Source of the DNA: a virus
Length of the DNA stretch: 64,000 nt
IMG/VR virus record: IMGVR_UViG_3300036818_000070
Span: 16,166-80,165 of that record
Reading direction: 5' to 3' (one strand)
Position numbers and translations under genes: made by a program. Positions 27,132 through 35,870 of this stretch are shown here, in pieces (the first letter of the stretch is position 1; each line of letters starts with the position of its first letter). The notes below the pieces were generated by a model that made no database searches, was not told where the DNA came from, and saw only the letters and a program-made list of their open reading frames with translations.

Positions 27132-27645
27132 GCGCGATCAGATCGAGGCGCTCGACTCCGGCGCTCTGTTCTCACCCTGCCGCCGCTACAGGTACCTCCT
27201 GTGGCGGCGGTGGGACGAGAGCTTGCCGACGATGGCGCTCATCGGCCTCAACCCGTCAACTGCCGACGAGCAGAAGGACGACCCCACCATCCGGCGCTGC
27301 ATCGGCTACGCCAGGGACTGGGGCTTCGGCGCGCTGCACATGCTGAACATCTTCGCATGGCGCTCGACAATGCCGAGCGTGCTGAGACAGCAGGGAGGCG
27401 CAGCGGTGGGGCCGCGCAACAACGAGTACATCGCCGAGGTCGTGGGCAACGCCCACACCACGGTCTGCGCCCGGGGGACGCACGGAGCGCTTCGTGGGCG
27501 CAGCGTGGAAGTACGGAAGCTCCTCGCTTCCCTTGGGGTAGTGCCGGTGGTTCTGAAGCTGACGAAGGACGGCTACCCCAGCCATCCGCTGTACCTGCCT
27601 AAGAACCTGACGCCGGTCGCATGGCCGTACCCTCGTGGCCTCTGA
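27118..27645 (+). CDS. DUF1643 protein
   Basis: SPCRRYRYLLWRRW, GLNPSTAD..DDPTIRRC, PSHPLY. Confidence 0.85.
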   Translation: MLVAERDQIEALDSGALFSPCRRYRYLLWRRWDESLPTMALIGLNPSTADEQKDDPTIRRCIGYARDWGFGALHMLNIFAWRSTMPSVLRQQGGAAVGPRNNEYIAEVVGNAHTTVCARGTHGALRGRSVEVRKLLASLGVVPVVLKLTKDGYPSHPLYLPKNLTPVAWPYPRGL

Positions 27646-28078
27646 GCGCCAGCCACGCCATCAGGTGACGACCCGCTATCTCCGCGTGCCAGCGGAAGAC
27701 TGGGCGGCCGTGCGCCAGGGCATCAAGACCGAGTTCCGCACGCGACCCCGCGAGGGCGTGCTCACCAAATGTAACGTGCCAACTCCAGTCGTGGCGTACG
27801 CGACACGGCGGGTCGCCGGGGCGACGCCGACCGCGCTCATGGTGCTGGAAGAGCGCCGCTACGAGCCACTGTTCTATCTGGCCGATGATGCCGACGGATT
27901 GGCGCGCGAAGGCTTCCCGACCTATGACCACTTTCGTCGCTACTGGCGCAAGCGAACGGGTGACAGCTACAGGCCGACGGCGCGGGTGTACGTCTGGCGC
28001 GTCCGGCCGTGGCGTGCCGGTGATGGCCACGCCTTCGGCGCCTCGCTGCTCCACGAACTCTACGGGGAGCATCTATGA
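27635..28078 (+). CDS. ASCH-domain protein
   Basis: VRQGIKTEFR, AREGF....FRRYW. Confidence 0.65.
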   Translation: MASERQPRHQVTTRYLRVPAEDWAAVRQGIKTEFRTRPREGVLTKCNVPTPVVAYATRRVAGATPTALMVLEERRYEPLFYLADDADGLAREGFPTYDHFRRYWRKRTGDSYRPTARVYVWRVRPWRAGDGHAFGASLLHELYGEHL

Positions 28079-28479
28079 CCGGCGTGCCGATCATCAGCAA
28101 CCCGCAGAGCTTCTGGGAAGAGGCCCGATACCAGGCCGTCTGCGCCGTCTGTGAACGCGCTGGGCCATTCCACGCCCACCATGTGGTGTCCAAGAGCTGG
28201 CTGACGCAACGCGGGCTCCCTGAGTACGACACGCGCAACGCGCTTCGGCTTTGCTGCCACGACCCCAACAACTGTCACTTCAACTTCGAGTGGGGTGGCG
28301 TGGGCAAGGTCCAGGTGCTCGTCAGGCATCTCGTGCAGCTCAACCTCTGCTACGTGTTCGAGACGATGGGCGCGGGTCCCGGAATCGAGTTTCTGCGGCG
28401 CGAGTACCTGTACGAGGAGGGCACTGACGTGCGTTGGGAGCAGCACCTCACCAGCCGGTGCCCGTGGTGTCAGTCATGA
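28075..28479 (+). CDS. HNH endonuclease (packaging-associated position)
   Basis: CAVC...HAHHV...N..LC...CH. Confidence 0.75.
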   Translation: MTGVPIISNPQSFWEEARYQAVCAVCERAGPFHAHHVVSKSWLTQRGLPEYDTRNALRLCCHDPNNCHFNFEWGGVGKVQVLVRHLVQLNLCYVFETMGAGPGIEFLRREYLYEEGTDVRWEQHLTSRCPWCQS

Positions 28480-29132
28480 CCCAGATCGTGGACTACGCCG
28501 TCGAGCTGCCCGCTGGGGGCGTCCTGCACCTTCAGTCACCGGACGAGGTCGAGCTGTGGGAGACCTCACTCAAGCGGTACCGCGAGGAGTACCCGACGCT
28601 CATCAAGATGAACGATCTCATTACGCTGGGCAACCTGCTCCAGCAGCAGGTGGTGATCTTCAGGTGTCAGACCAACATCAACGGTATGGTGCCCGAGCTG
28701 GACGCGCAGAACGTGCCGACCGGCCGCTACCAGCGCCAGCAGATGACCGGCGCGGACCTGTCGGCCTATCAGCGAGCACTCACGGAGGCCGCCAAGGAGA
28801 TGCGCAGCCTGGAGAAGTCGCTGGGCATTGACAAGGCGACGCGCGAGTCTGGGGGCGCTCACACCGTGGACAGCTACATCGCGACGCTCAAGCGCGCCGC
28901 TCATGCTCGCGGCATCCACATCGCAAAGCGCACACTGGCCTACGAAGCGTTCGTGAACGACCTGCGCTGGCGCGTGCGCATGCTCTACCACTCTGACGCC
29001 GAGGACCGCGCCTACCACAACATCACACCGCGCAGCGTGCTCGACTTCGTCAATGATGAGCTGGTGAAGCTGGAGGACGTGGACAAGACGTTTGCGCATG
29101 AGAAGGGTCGCCTGTTCGTGGGCCAGCTATGA
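28476..29132 (+). CDS. Possible terminase small subunit
   Basis: Helical, LEKSLGID motif; between HNH and terL. Confidence 0.45.
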   Translation: MTQIVDYAVELPAGGVLHLQSPDEVELWETSLKRYREEYPTLIKMNDLITLGNLLQQQVVIFRCQTNINGMVPELDAQNVPTGRYQRQQMTGADLSAYQRALTEAAKEMRSLEKSLGIDKATRESGGAHTVDSYIATLKRAAHARGIHIAKRTLAYEAFVNDLRWRVRMLYHSDAEDRAYHNITPRSVLDFVNDELVKLEDVDKTFAHEKGRLFVGQL

Positions 29133-29338
29133 GCCTCATCGCAGAGCTGTGCCGCGTCTTCAACGCCAGGCCGGAGGCGATCGGCTGCGCAATGCGCCAC
29201 CGCCAGATCACCGTGGACGGCTACGTGATGCGTCCTGAGTACGACCGGCGCTGGTCGGAGCGACAGCTTCGCGGTCGCATGGCCGCGCTGAACTTCAACA
29301 AGGGCGGGACGAAACGGGAGGCGAGGCTTTATGGCTGA
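29129..29338 (+). CDS. Hypothetical protein
   Basis: ATGA overlap. Confidence 0.5.
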   Translation: MSLIAELCRVFNARPEAIGCAMRHRQITVDGYVMRPEYDRRWSERQLRGRMAALNFNKGGTKREARLYG

Positions 29339-29816
29339 ACACAAGTCGAATGGTAATGACGTTCTGGGCGCGCAGATCATGGTCACGCCGGAGCGCGTGT
29401 GTTGCGCCGCCCACCTAGAGCCGCTGCGCTGGAAGTGGCCGGATGGCTTCGCAACCTTCTCGCTGGCGATGCTGCAACCGGCGCTCGCCTCGGACGGCCT
29501 CCAGCGTGCGGTGCGAGCCCTCGTGAGGCGGCCCGGCGGCAAGTTGCCAGTGGAGATGGTCAATCAGGTCTTCGAGAAGCGCCCGATGTGCTTCTACCTG
29601 ACGCGCGATGAGCTGCGAGACGCGCTCGTGGAGAGCGGTGTCACTCGCAAGCAGCGCTGCGACGTGTGCGGTCACATCGAGCGTGGGGCACCGTGTCGCG
29701 TCAAGATGGCGCCCGGTTCGGCTGCGGAGTTCGCAGAGCAGACACTGTGCGTCAACTGCTGGCTGGATGCCGGGGAGCTGGCCCACCGAGAGTGGGACGC
29801 CCGTGGCCGCGGGTGA
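29331..29816 (+). CDS. Zn-finger hypothetical protein
   Basis: CDVCG...CVNC. Confidence 0.6.
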   Translation: MAEHKSNGNDVLGAQIMVTPERVCCAAHLEPLRWKWPDGFATFSLAMLQPALASDGLQRAVRALVRRPGGKLPVEMVNQVFEKRPMCFYLTRDELRDALVESGVTRKQRCDVCGHIERGAPCRVKMAPGSAAEFAEQTLCVNCWLDAGELAHREWDARGRG

Positions 29817-31551
29817 GCTAGGAGTCATCGACGGCGCGCAGGAGATGCGCGCACTGGAAGGCTCGTGGCTATTCGATGAGGACGACTGGGCTCTGATCGC
29901 GCAGCTCCAGGACCCGATCTACATGGCCGAGCTGCTGTGGCAGGACCCGAAGAACAACGAGTACTCGGGCACCTATCACGTGCGCGATTACCAGTACCCG
30001 ATGTTCCGGCCGACGACCAACTATGAGGGCTACCCGTGCGCCCGCGACGTCGGGAAGTCGGAGTCGATCAAGGCGAAGGCTGGCACGCACCCGTTCAAGC
30101 GAATGGGCGAGGACATGCTCATCACCGCGCCGGAGCTAATCCATCTTGAGGGCGTCACGCAGCAGGTCGAGCAGCGCCTCAGCGACACGCGGCTGACCAG
30201 CGACTTCCTGAAGAAGGAGAACGGCAAGACGGGCTTCACGCACAAGCCATTCCAGGTGGACTTCGCCGACGGCACGCGCATCGTCGGCCGCATACCAAAG
30301 CTCAACGGCACGGGCGTGAAAGGCCAGCACGTTCCCGACCTGCTCGTGGACGAGGGCCAGGACTACCCCGAGAACGGCTGGATTGAGGTCTTCCCGACCG
30401 TCATCAAGGACCACAAGGACGCCGACGGCAACTACGACTTCACGTTCCACTTCTACGGCGTGCACAGCGGCGCTGGCGGCGGCCAGTTCGCGCAGCTATC
30501 AACCTCCGGTGCGTACAAGGTGACAGCGATCACGGCGCTGATGAAGCCCGGTTGGAACAAGCAGGAGAAGGAGGCCGCCAAGGCGATGTACGGCGGCTCC
30601 AACACTCCCGACTACCGGCGCAACATTCTCGGAGAGCGTGGCGCCAAGCTGTCACAGTTCTTCAGCACCGCGCGACTCATGGCCTGCATGGACCAGGACA
30701 AAGAGTCGCACTACAACACCGCGATCTTCAAGGAACAGGAGTTCGAGGCCGAGCAGCTCGACACACTCATCGGGGCGGACGGCGACGTCGGCGACTTGCT
30801 CGACCTGCCGGAAGATCTCGGTCAGCAGGTCTTCTGCGGCATGGACGTCGGGCTCGTCACCGACCCGACTGTCATCACCGTGTGGGCGATCATGCGCCAC
30901 GAAAGAAAGGCGCGGCTCGCGCTCGTCCGGATGATTCACCTCTGGCGGTTCACCGAGAAGCAGATCAGGCAGGTCACGTACCGCATCGGACGCCAGTACG
31001 GACTGACGCTACGCAGCTTCGGGCAAGACATCACCGGCCTCGGCCTGCCGCTCTACCAGTCGATGGAAGCCGACGAGCAATGCCCGAAGCATCTCCGCGA
31101 GGTGTCACGCGGCTACGTCTTCAACGCCAAGGTTCCCGTCTCGGTTGACCCCAACTATGTCAGCGAGCAGGGCCAACAGATGGTCGATCAGTACGGGCAT
31201 ATCGTGCAGGTGGTCCGTGACAAGTGGACAGGCCAGGAGCGGCTCGTGGCGTTCATGTCGATGATCGAGGCCAGCACACGCTACCTCCGCAGCTTCGTGG
31301 ATGAGACCTTCCTGCTGCTGCCGTTCCACGACAAGCTCATCCGTGACTTCCAGGGCGAAACAGAGCAGCGCGTTCGGGCGATGGCCGGGGTGCGCAAGAA
31401 GCCCAACGCGTTCCACATGCTCGACTCCGCGCGCGTCATGGCGATGGCCTACAAAGCGGGGGAGATGGAGGAGCAGGTTTACGCGCGCAAGGCCGGTCCG
31501 GTGATGGACAAGGCCGTGGACTTCAACATGGACGCGGTGGCGCTCGGATGA
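29803..31551 (+). CDS. terL: Terminase large subunit
   Basis: ARDVGKS (Walker A), LLVDEGQD (Walker B), GMDVG..TDPT, DITGLG, HMLDSAR nuclease motifs; start approximate. Confidence 0.88.
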   Translation: MAAGELGVIDGAQEMRALEGSWLFDEDDWALIAQLQDPIYMAELLWQDPKNNEYSGTYHVRDYQYPMFRPTTNYEGYPCARDVGKSESIKAKAGTHPFKRMGEDMLITAPELIHLEGVTQQVEQRLSDTRLTSDFLKKENGKTGFTHKPFQVDFADGTRIVGRIPKLNGTGVKGQHVPDLLVDEGQDYPENGWIEVFPTVIKDHKDADGNYDFTFHFYGVHSGAGGGQFAQLSTSGAYKVTAITALMKPGWNKQEKEAAKAMYGGSNTPDYRRNILGERGAKLSQFFSTARLMACMDQDKESHYNTAIFKEQEFEAEQLDTLIGADGDVGDLLDLPEDLGQQVFCGMDVGLVTDPTVITVWAIMRHERKARLALVRMIHLWRFTEKQIRQVTYRIGRQYGLTLRSFGQDITGLGLPLYQSMEADEQCPKHLREVSRGYVFNAKVPVSVDPNYVSEQGQQMVDQYGHIVQVVRDKWTGQERLVAFMSMIEASTRYLRSFVDETFLLLPFHDKLIRDFQGETEQRVRAMAGVRKKPNAFHMLDSARVMAMAYKAGEMEEQVYARKAGPVMDKAVDFNMDAVALG

Positions 31552-31584
31552 GTAAGATTCGGCGTACGCAGTCGGCCGACAGGT

Positions 31585-31730
31585 CCCGGCGCCACGTTCC
31601 AACCTACACGCCGTCGCTGGCGAGCGGCCCGAAGCCCCGAGGTCATAGGCCGAGCATTGCGATTCGGATGGCACCGCTTGAGGGGCGGGTGCGGAAGGCG
31701 GAGGGGTTCGACTCCCCGCGTGGCGCCGGG
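31585..31730 (+). ncRNA. tRNA-like structured RNA (acceptor-like stem + T-arm, enlarged interior)
   Basis: 12-bp perfect terminal stem; GGGG-TTCGACT-CCCC T-arm at 31703-31717; no encoded CCA. Confidence 0.5.
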
Positions 31731-31737
31731 GTCCGCC

Positions 31738-32160
31738 GTGGCTAAGACCTTCGAGGAACTCCAGGACGTGCTCCACCGAGCGCTGCCGATGCGGCCCCCG
31801 AAGTTCGAGCCGGGCACGTCCGGCCGCGAGAAGGTGTCGGCGATCGAGGACTACCTGCTGGAGTCCGCCTACATCCACGCCGAGCTGGAGGAGGCGCTGC
31901 ATTGGCTCACGGCGCTCGTGGAGCACTTCAAGGAGCAGATCGACGCGATGCAGGGCTGGGAGGTTGGGCTGCCCAGCAAGCCGCGAGACAAGATCACCCG
32001 GCAGGACGTGCTTACGGCCAAACGGAAGCTGAACCCAACGCCGTTCGAGATCGGTGGCGATGCGCGCCGCACCCGCGACTCGGTGCTGCGCCAGATCGCT
32101 CGATTCGAGTACGACACGACTGTGATTTCGAGGGCATACTCGGTGATCTCCGGTGCCTGA
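31738..32160 (+). CDS. Helical hypothetical protein
   Basis: ORF with phage-like codon usage. Confidence 0.65.
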   Translation: MAKTFEELQDVLHRALPMRPPKFEPGTSGREKVSAIEDYLLESAYIHAELEEALHWLTALVEHFKEQIDAMQGWEVGLPSKPRDKITRQDVLTAKRKLNPTPFEIGGDARRTRDSVLRQIARFEYDTTVISRAYSVISGA

Positions 32161-32635
32161 GATACCCCTCCGCGCGAGGGATGGTTCGGTACGTGCGACG
32201 GTGACCGTCGATGACGCCGACTACGTCGAGCTGAGCAGGTACTCGTGGTGTCTGCGCGTCGGGACCACCGGCATCCGGTACGCCCAGCGCATGACGCCCC
32301 GCGACAGTGAAGGTCGGCAGACGACCGTCCTCATGCACCGTCAGGTCATGGGCTTCCCGGAGGCGAAGGTTGACCACATCAACGGCGACGGCCTAGACAA
32401 CCGCCGCGAGAACCTGCGCGCAGCGTCCGACAGCCTCAACGGCTGGAACCGGCGGGGCGCCGACAGGGACAACGCCACGGGGTGCCGGGGAGTCACCAGG
32501 GCTCGGGGGCGGTTCCGCGCCCACGCGACGGTCAAGGGGCGCTATCACCACCTCGGTATCTACGACACGGCGGAGAAAGCGGCGCAGGTTGCGGCCGATT
32601 TCAGGGCCACGGTGCCCGATTTGGCGCTCTTATGA
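32153..32635 (+). CDS. Free-standing HNH-AP2 homing endonuclease
   Basis: VDHINGDGLDNRRENLR; GRFRAH...LGIYDTAEKAA. Confidence 0.88.
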   Translation: MPEIPLRARDGSVRATVTVDDADYVELSRYSWCLRVGTTGIRYAQRMTPRDSEGRQTTVLMHRQVMGFPEAKVDHINGDGLDNRRENLRAASDSLNGWNRRGADRDNATGCRGVTRARGRFRAHATVKGRYHHLGIYDTAEKAAQVAADFRATVPDLALL

Positions 32636-32661
32636 CCCGATTTCAGGCAGCTAGTAGGCGT

Positions 32662-32677
32662 CCCGGCGTAGATTAGG
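32662..32677 (+). promoter_or_regulatory. Putative late promoter, copy 3 (leaderless spacing to ATG 32681)
   Basis: CCCGGCGTAGATTAGG. Confidence 0.7.
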
Positions 32678-32680
32678 CGC

Positions 32681-32932
32681 ATGGCACTCTTCACGCTGAC
32701 CGAGCGCATCAACCTGTTGAACTCCCACCGTGGAGGGTTCGACCAGTACCAGATCGCCGCCATTCTCGGCGTCGACCTCGCCGACGTCGAAGGCGTGCTG
32801 AGCGACGCCGACTTCACGCCGACGGCGCCGCCGACGCCGAGCCTCAACGTGAGCGGCATCCCGACGGCCGACCCGCACGTCGAGGGTGACGTCTGGTCCA
32901 ACGACGGCGTGCTCACCGTAAGCGCGGGGTAA
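32681..32932 (+). CDS. Small structural protein; N-terminus paralogous to the 40226 gene
   Basis: GGFD..Q.AAILGVD.ADV; C-terminal IPTADPHVEGDVWSNDGVL. Confidence 0.7.
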   Translation: MALFTLTERINLLNSHRGGFDQYQIAAILGVDLADVEGVLSDADFTPTAPPTPSLNVSGIPTADPHVEGDVWSNDGVLTVSAG

Positions 32933-32936
32933 CCCG

Positions 32937-35495
32937 TTGGAGCCGTCCTTTCCGGCGGTCGCGCAGCCGCCGATGCGAAGCGAGCACCCGGTGGCGGGCG
33001 CCTCGGTGGTTATTGACAATCGCACGGACCTGCCGGACTCGCAGATTCGCGAGGTCGTGCGCGATCAGTGGACGGAGATCGCGGGGCTCCAGATGGGGCA
33101 CCCGAACAACTTCCAGCTCTACGCAAATAACCAGGGCTCGATGCTGGCGCGCACACCGTTCCGCACGCCGTCGAGCGTCATAGATGAGATCAGGCTGGCG
33201 CGCAGCGTCGCCGACACCGATGATGACATCGGCGCGATCATCGGACAGATGAACGCCATCGCGTTCGGCGACGGACTTGTCAACCAGCATCGTGACGAGA
33301 AGACGCTGGAGTTCTTCAACCAGATCACGAAGCCGACCGGCATGGACCTCCCGAGTGTCATGGAGGAGATGTATCGCGAGCTGCTGATCTCCTCCTCGGT
33401 CACAACGCTCACGGTCTTCAGTCGGAAGCGCATGCAGTACTGGCCACTGAAGAGTGACACCCCGATACAGGCACAGCTCCAGGTCCCGAACGTCGCCGTG
33501 CTCCCGGCCGAGAACCTTCGCGTCATCACCAACGACATCATGCACTCCGGGCAGCTCGCCTACTTCGTTGAGGACCCGAGCCTGCGGAACTGGCTGAACG
33601 AGTACCTGGACGAGAACACCAAGGCGTCACGCAAGGCGTACATGGCGATGCAGGAGCCTGTGGTGGCCGCGCTGTTCACCGGCAAGTATCGCGTGCCGAT
33701 GAACGACGGTGACATCACCTCGCGCGGGCAGACGCTCTACACACTGAACCAGGCGATGGTGAAGCGCACCACGATGCCGAAGGGTACGCAGCCGTACCCG
33801 CGCCCTCTGTTGACACGCAACTTCGCGCTCCTCGAAGCCAAGCGCCTGCTCAACATCATGGACTATGCGCTGCTTCAAGGTGGCACCAACTACATCGTTG
33901 TGGCCAAGAAGGGCTCGGACAATCTCCCGGCGCAGCAGGCCGAGGTTGACAATCTGGTCGAGCAGGTGCGTCACGCGTCACGTTCAGGCGTGCTCGTCGG
34001 CGACCACCGAGTGGACATCGAGATCATCACGCCGACACTCACCGAGCTGCTGAACCCGAACAAGCGCAAGCTCATCGGACGCAAGCTGAAGATGGGCCTC
34101 ATGCGCCAGTCCGAAGAGGTCCCCGGTGACACGGGGCCACAGGGCTCGATCAACGAGATGGAGCTGACCTCGCGCGTCATCGCCAGCGACCGCCGCAAAC
34201 TGATCTCACACGCCCAGGCGACCTTCTTCGATGACACCGCGACGCGCAATCGCAGCGTGTTCCCGATGGGCGCGCCGCACATCTGGGCACCGAAGATCAT
34301 TCTGACCAACGTCCAGCAGTTCTGGCAGATGGTCCTCAACGCCCGCGACCGCGGCGACATTCCCCGCCGCTGGGTGGTCGAGTCTCTCGGCTACAACTTC
34401 GACGCTGCCGTTGCCGAGCGCCAGCGTGAGATCGCCAATGGGGTCGATGAGATTCTCACCCCCGCGGCTGTGCCGTTCTCCAATCCCGGCGAGCCACAGG
34501 ACAACGGTCCCGGACGGCCGCCCGGCACGAGCCCGAACAACGGCAGCAGCAGAGACCTGCCAGGTCAGGGCCGTGATGCTGCCGCGCCGACTCGTGTCAT
34601 CCATCGCAACGCGGGGGAGACCGTGACGGCGTTCGTGGAGAACAACGAGGTCCACTACGTCGGCGAGCTGACCCGCAGGGTGCTGGAGCAGTATGGCGAG
34701 ACGGCCGACTACAACGGCTACGTCGTGCAGGCCGAACGAGACGCGATCGACTGGAACCAGACCGTCCGCTCCGGCAGCTCCGTCATCGTGCCGGTCAACC
34801 CCAACCAGCGCTGCCAGGAGTTCGCCAGCGTGAAGCTGGAGGAGGGGTTGCGCATGATCGTCGGACGCCGACTCGGCGACGGCGCGATGGTTGCCCGAGC
34901 GCTGCGCTTCCAGGAGCCGCGCTTCGATCTCAAGCGCGCCAGCGAGTACGCCATCCGCTGGGGCTTCATGGTCGCGCCGATGGTCGAGACCGCCGCGTCG
35001 AGCGCGCCGACCTGCACCAACTGCGGACTGCGACTGGACGACTACCCGACTAACCCGGTGTGTCCGTCCTGCGGCGCCGACAACACGCAGGGCGGCCCGG
35101 CCGTCGGCGAGTCATCAACCGGCGGCGTCGGGCCGTCATTGGACGACACGGCGGCCACCGACGACCTCGACCAGCGCGTCAGGACGCTTGCTGCGGAGGT
35201 CCAGCGACTGACCGTGCTACTCACCGGCAGCAGCCACGCGCCGAGCGAGTGGATCAGCGACGCGAAGTGGCCGTACGAGAAGCGCGAGCTGGCGGTCCGT
35301 GCCGGTGACGCGCTGCCGGGCGGCCGCTTCCCGATCATCGACCAGGAGGACGCCGACTTCGCTGCCGGTCACGCCGACCAGAGCACCATCCCGCGCGAGC
35401 AGGTCGTCTCCCACGTCATCGCAATGGTCAAGCGGCACGGACTGGAGATGCCGAAGGTCCTGGACGATGACATCAACCCACCAGACCGACAGTGA
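32937..35495 (+). CDS. Portal protein with long C-terminal extension
   Basis: Position between terL and protease; GPGRPP at about aa 525 then about 320 extra aa. Confidence 0.7.
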   Translation: MEPSFPAVAQPPMRSEHPVAGASVVIDNRTDLPDSQIREVVRDQWTEIAGLQMGHPNNFQLYANNQGSMLARTPFRTPSSVIDEIRLARSVADTDDDIGAIIGQMNAIAFGDGLVNQHRDEKTLEFFNQITKPTGMDLPSVMEEMYRELLISSSVTTLTVFSRKRMQYWPLKSDTPIQAQLQVPNVAVLPAENLRVITNDIMHSGQLAYFVEDPSLRNWLNEYLDENTKASRKAYMAMQEPVVAALFTGKYRVPMNDGDITSRGQTLYTLNQAMVKRTTMPKGTQPYPRPLLTRNFALLEAKRLLNIMDYALLQGGTNYIVVAKKGSDNLPAQQAEVDNLVEQVRHASRSGVLVGDHRVDIEIITPTLTELLNPNKRKLIGRKLKMGLMRQSEEVPGDTGPQGSINEMELTSRVIASDRRKLISHAQATFFDDTATRNRSVFPMGAPHIWAPKIILTNVQQFWQMVLNARDRGDIPRRWVVESLGYNFDAAVAERQREIANGVDEILTPAAVPFSNPGEPQDNGPGRPPGTSPNNGSSRDLPGQGRDAAAPTRVIHRNAGETVTAFVENNEVHYVGELTRRVLEQYGETADYNGYVVQAERDAIDWNQTVRSGSSVIVPVNPNQRCQEFASVKLEEGLRMIVGRRLGDGAMVARALRFQEPRFDLKRASEYAIRWGFMVAPMVETAASSAPTCTNCGLRLDDYPTNPVCPSCGADNTQGGPAVGESSTGGVGPSLDDTAATDDLDQRVRTLAAEVQRLTVLLTGSSHAPSEWISDAKWPYEKRELAVRAGDALPGGRFPIIDQEDADFAAGHADQSTIPREQVVSHVIAMVKRHGLEMPKVLDDDINPPDRQ

Positions 35496-35504
35496 GGTAG
35501 TCAC

Positions 35505-35843
35505 GTGAAGCCAACACACAGCAGGCGCCGCACGGACGCCGACATCCAGAGCGAGCTAGCCTCCGTCTTGGAGCGCGACGGCAAGGAGCTGGCGCGGCTT
35601 GAGGAGGAGTACGCGGCGCGCTGGCCGCAGGCGAAACGCCTCCAGGCCGTGAAGGAGGGCAACGCGATGCCCGGCGGCCACTTCCCGATCGAGACGCAGG
35701 AAGACCTGAACAGCGCCGCGCGGCTCGTGGGTCGCACGAAGCTCTCGCGCTCGGCGGTGATGACGCACATCAAGAAGATGGCCAAGAAGCACAGCCTCTC
35801 GCTGCCCGCCTCGTGGGGCGGCGGCGCCCCAGCTACGGCCTGA
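35505..35843 (+). CDS. Small head-module protein (AMPGGHFPI domain)
   Basis: Paralogous to the last domain of the portal ORF. Confidence 0.65.
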   Translation: MKPTHSRRRTDADIQSELASVLERDGKELARLEEEYAARWPQAKRLQAVKEGNAMPGGHFPIETQEDLNSAARLVGRTKLSRSAVMTHIKKMAKKHSLSLPASWGGGAPATA

Positions 35844-35850
35844 CGCTAGT

Positions 35851-35865
35851 CCCGGCGTAGATTAG
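35851..35865 (+). promoter_or_regulatory. Putative late promoter, copy 4 (leaderless spacing to ATG 35871)
   Basis: CCCGGCGTAGATTAG. Confidence 0.7.
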
Positions 35866-35870
35866 TGTCG

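Noticed and set aside
31590-31726. Canonical tRNA call
   Set aside because: Too long, no clean D or anticodon arm, mismatch at the T-stem base, no CCA
31548-31745. 65-aa ORF after terL
   Set aside because: R/P-rich with atypical codons and coincides with the tRNA-like structure; the ATGA overlap means it cannot be fully excluded
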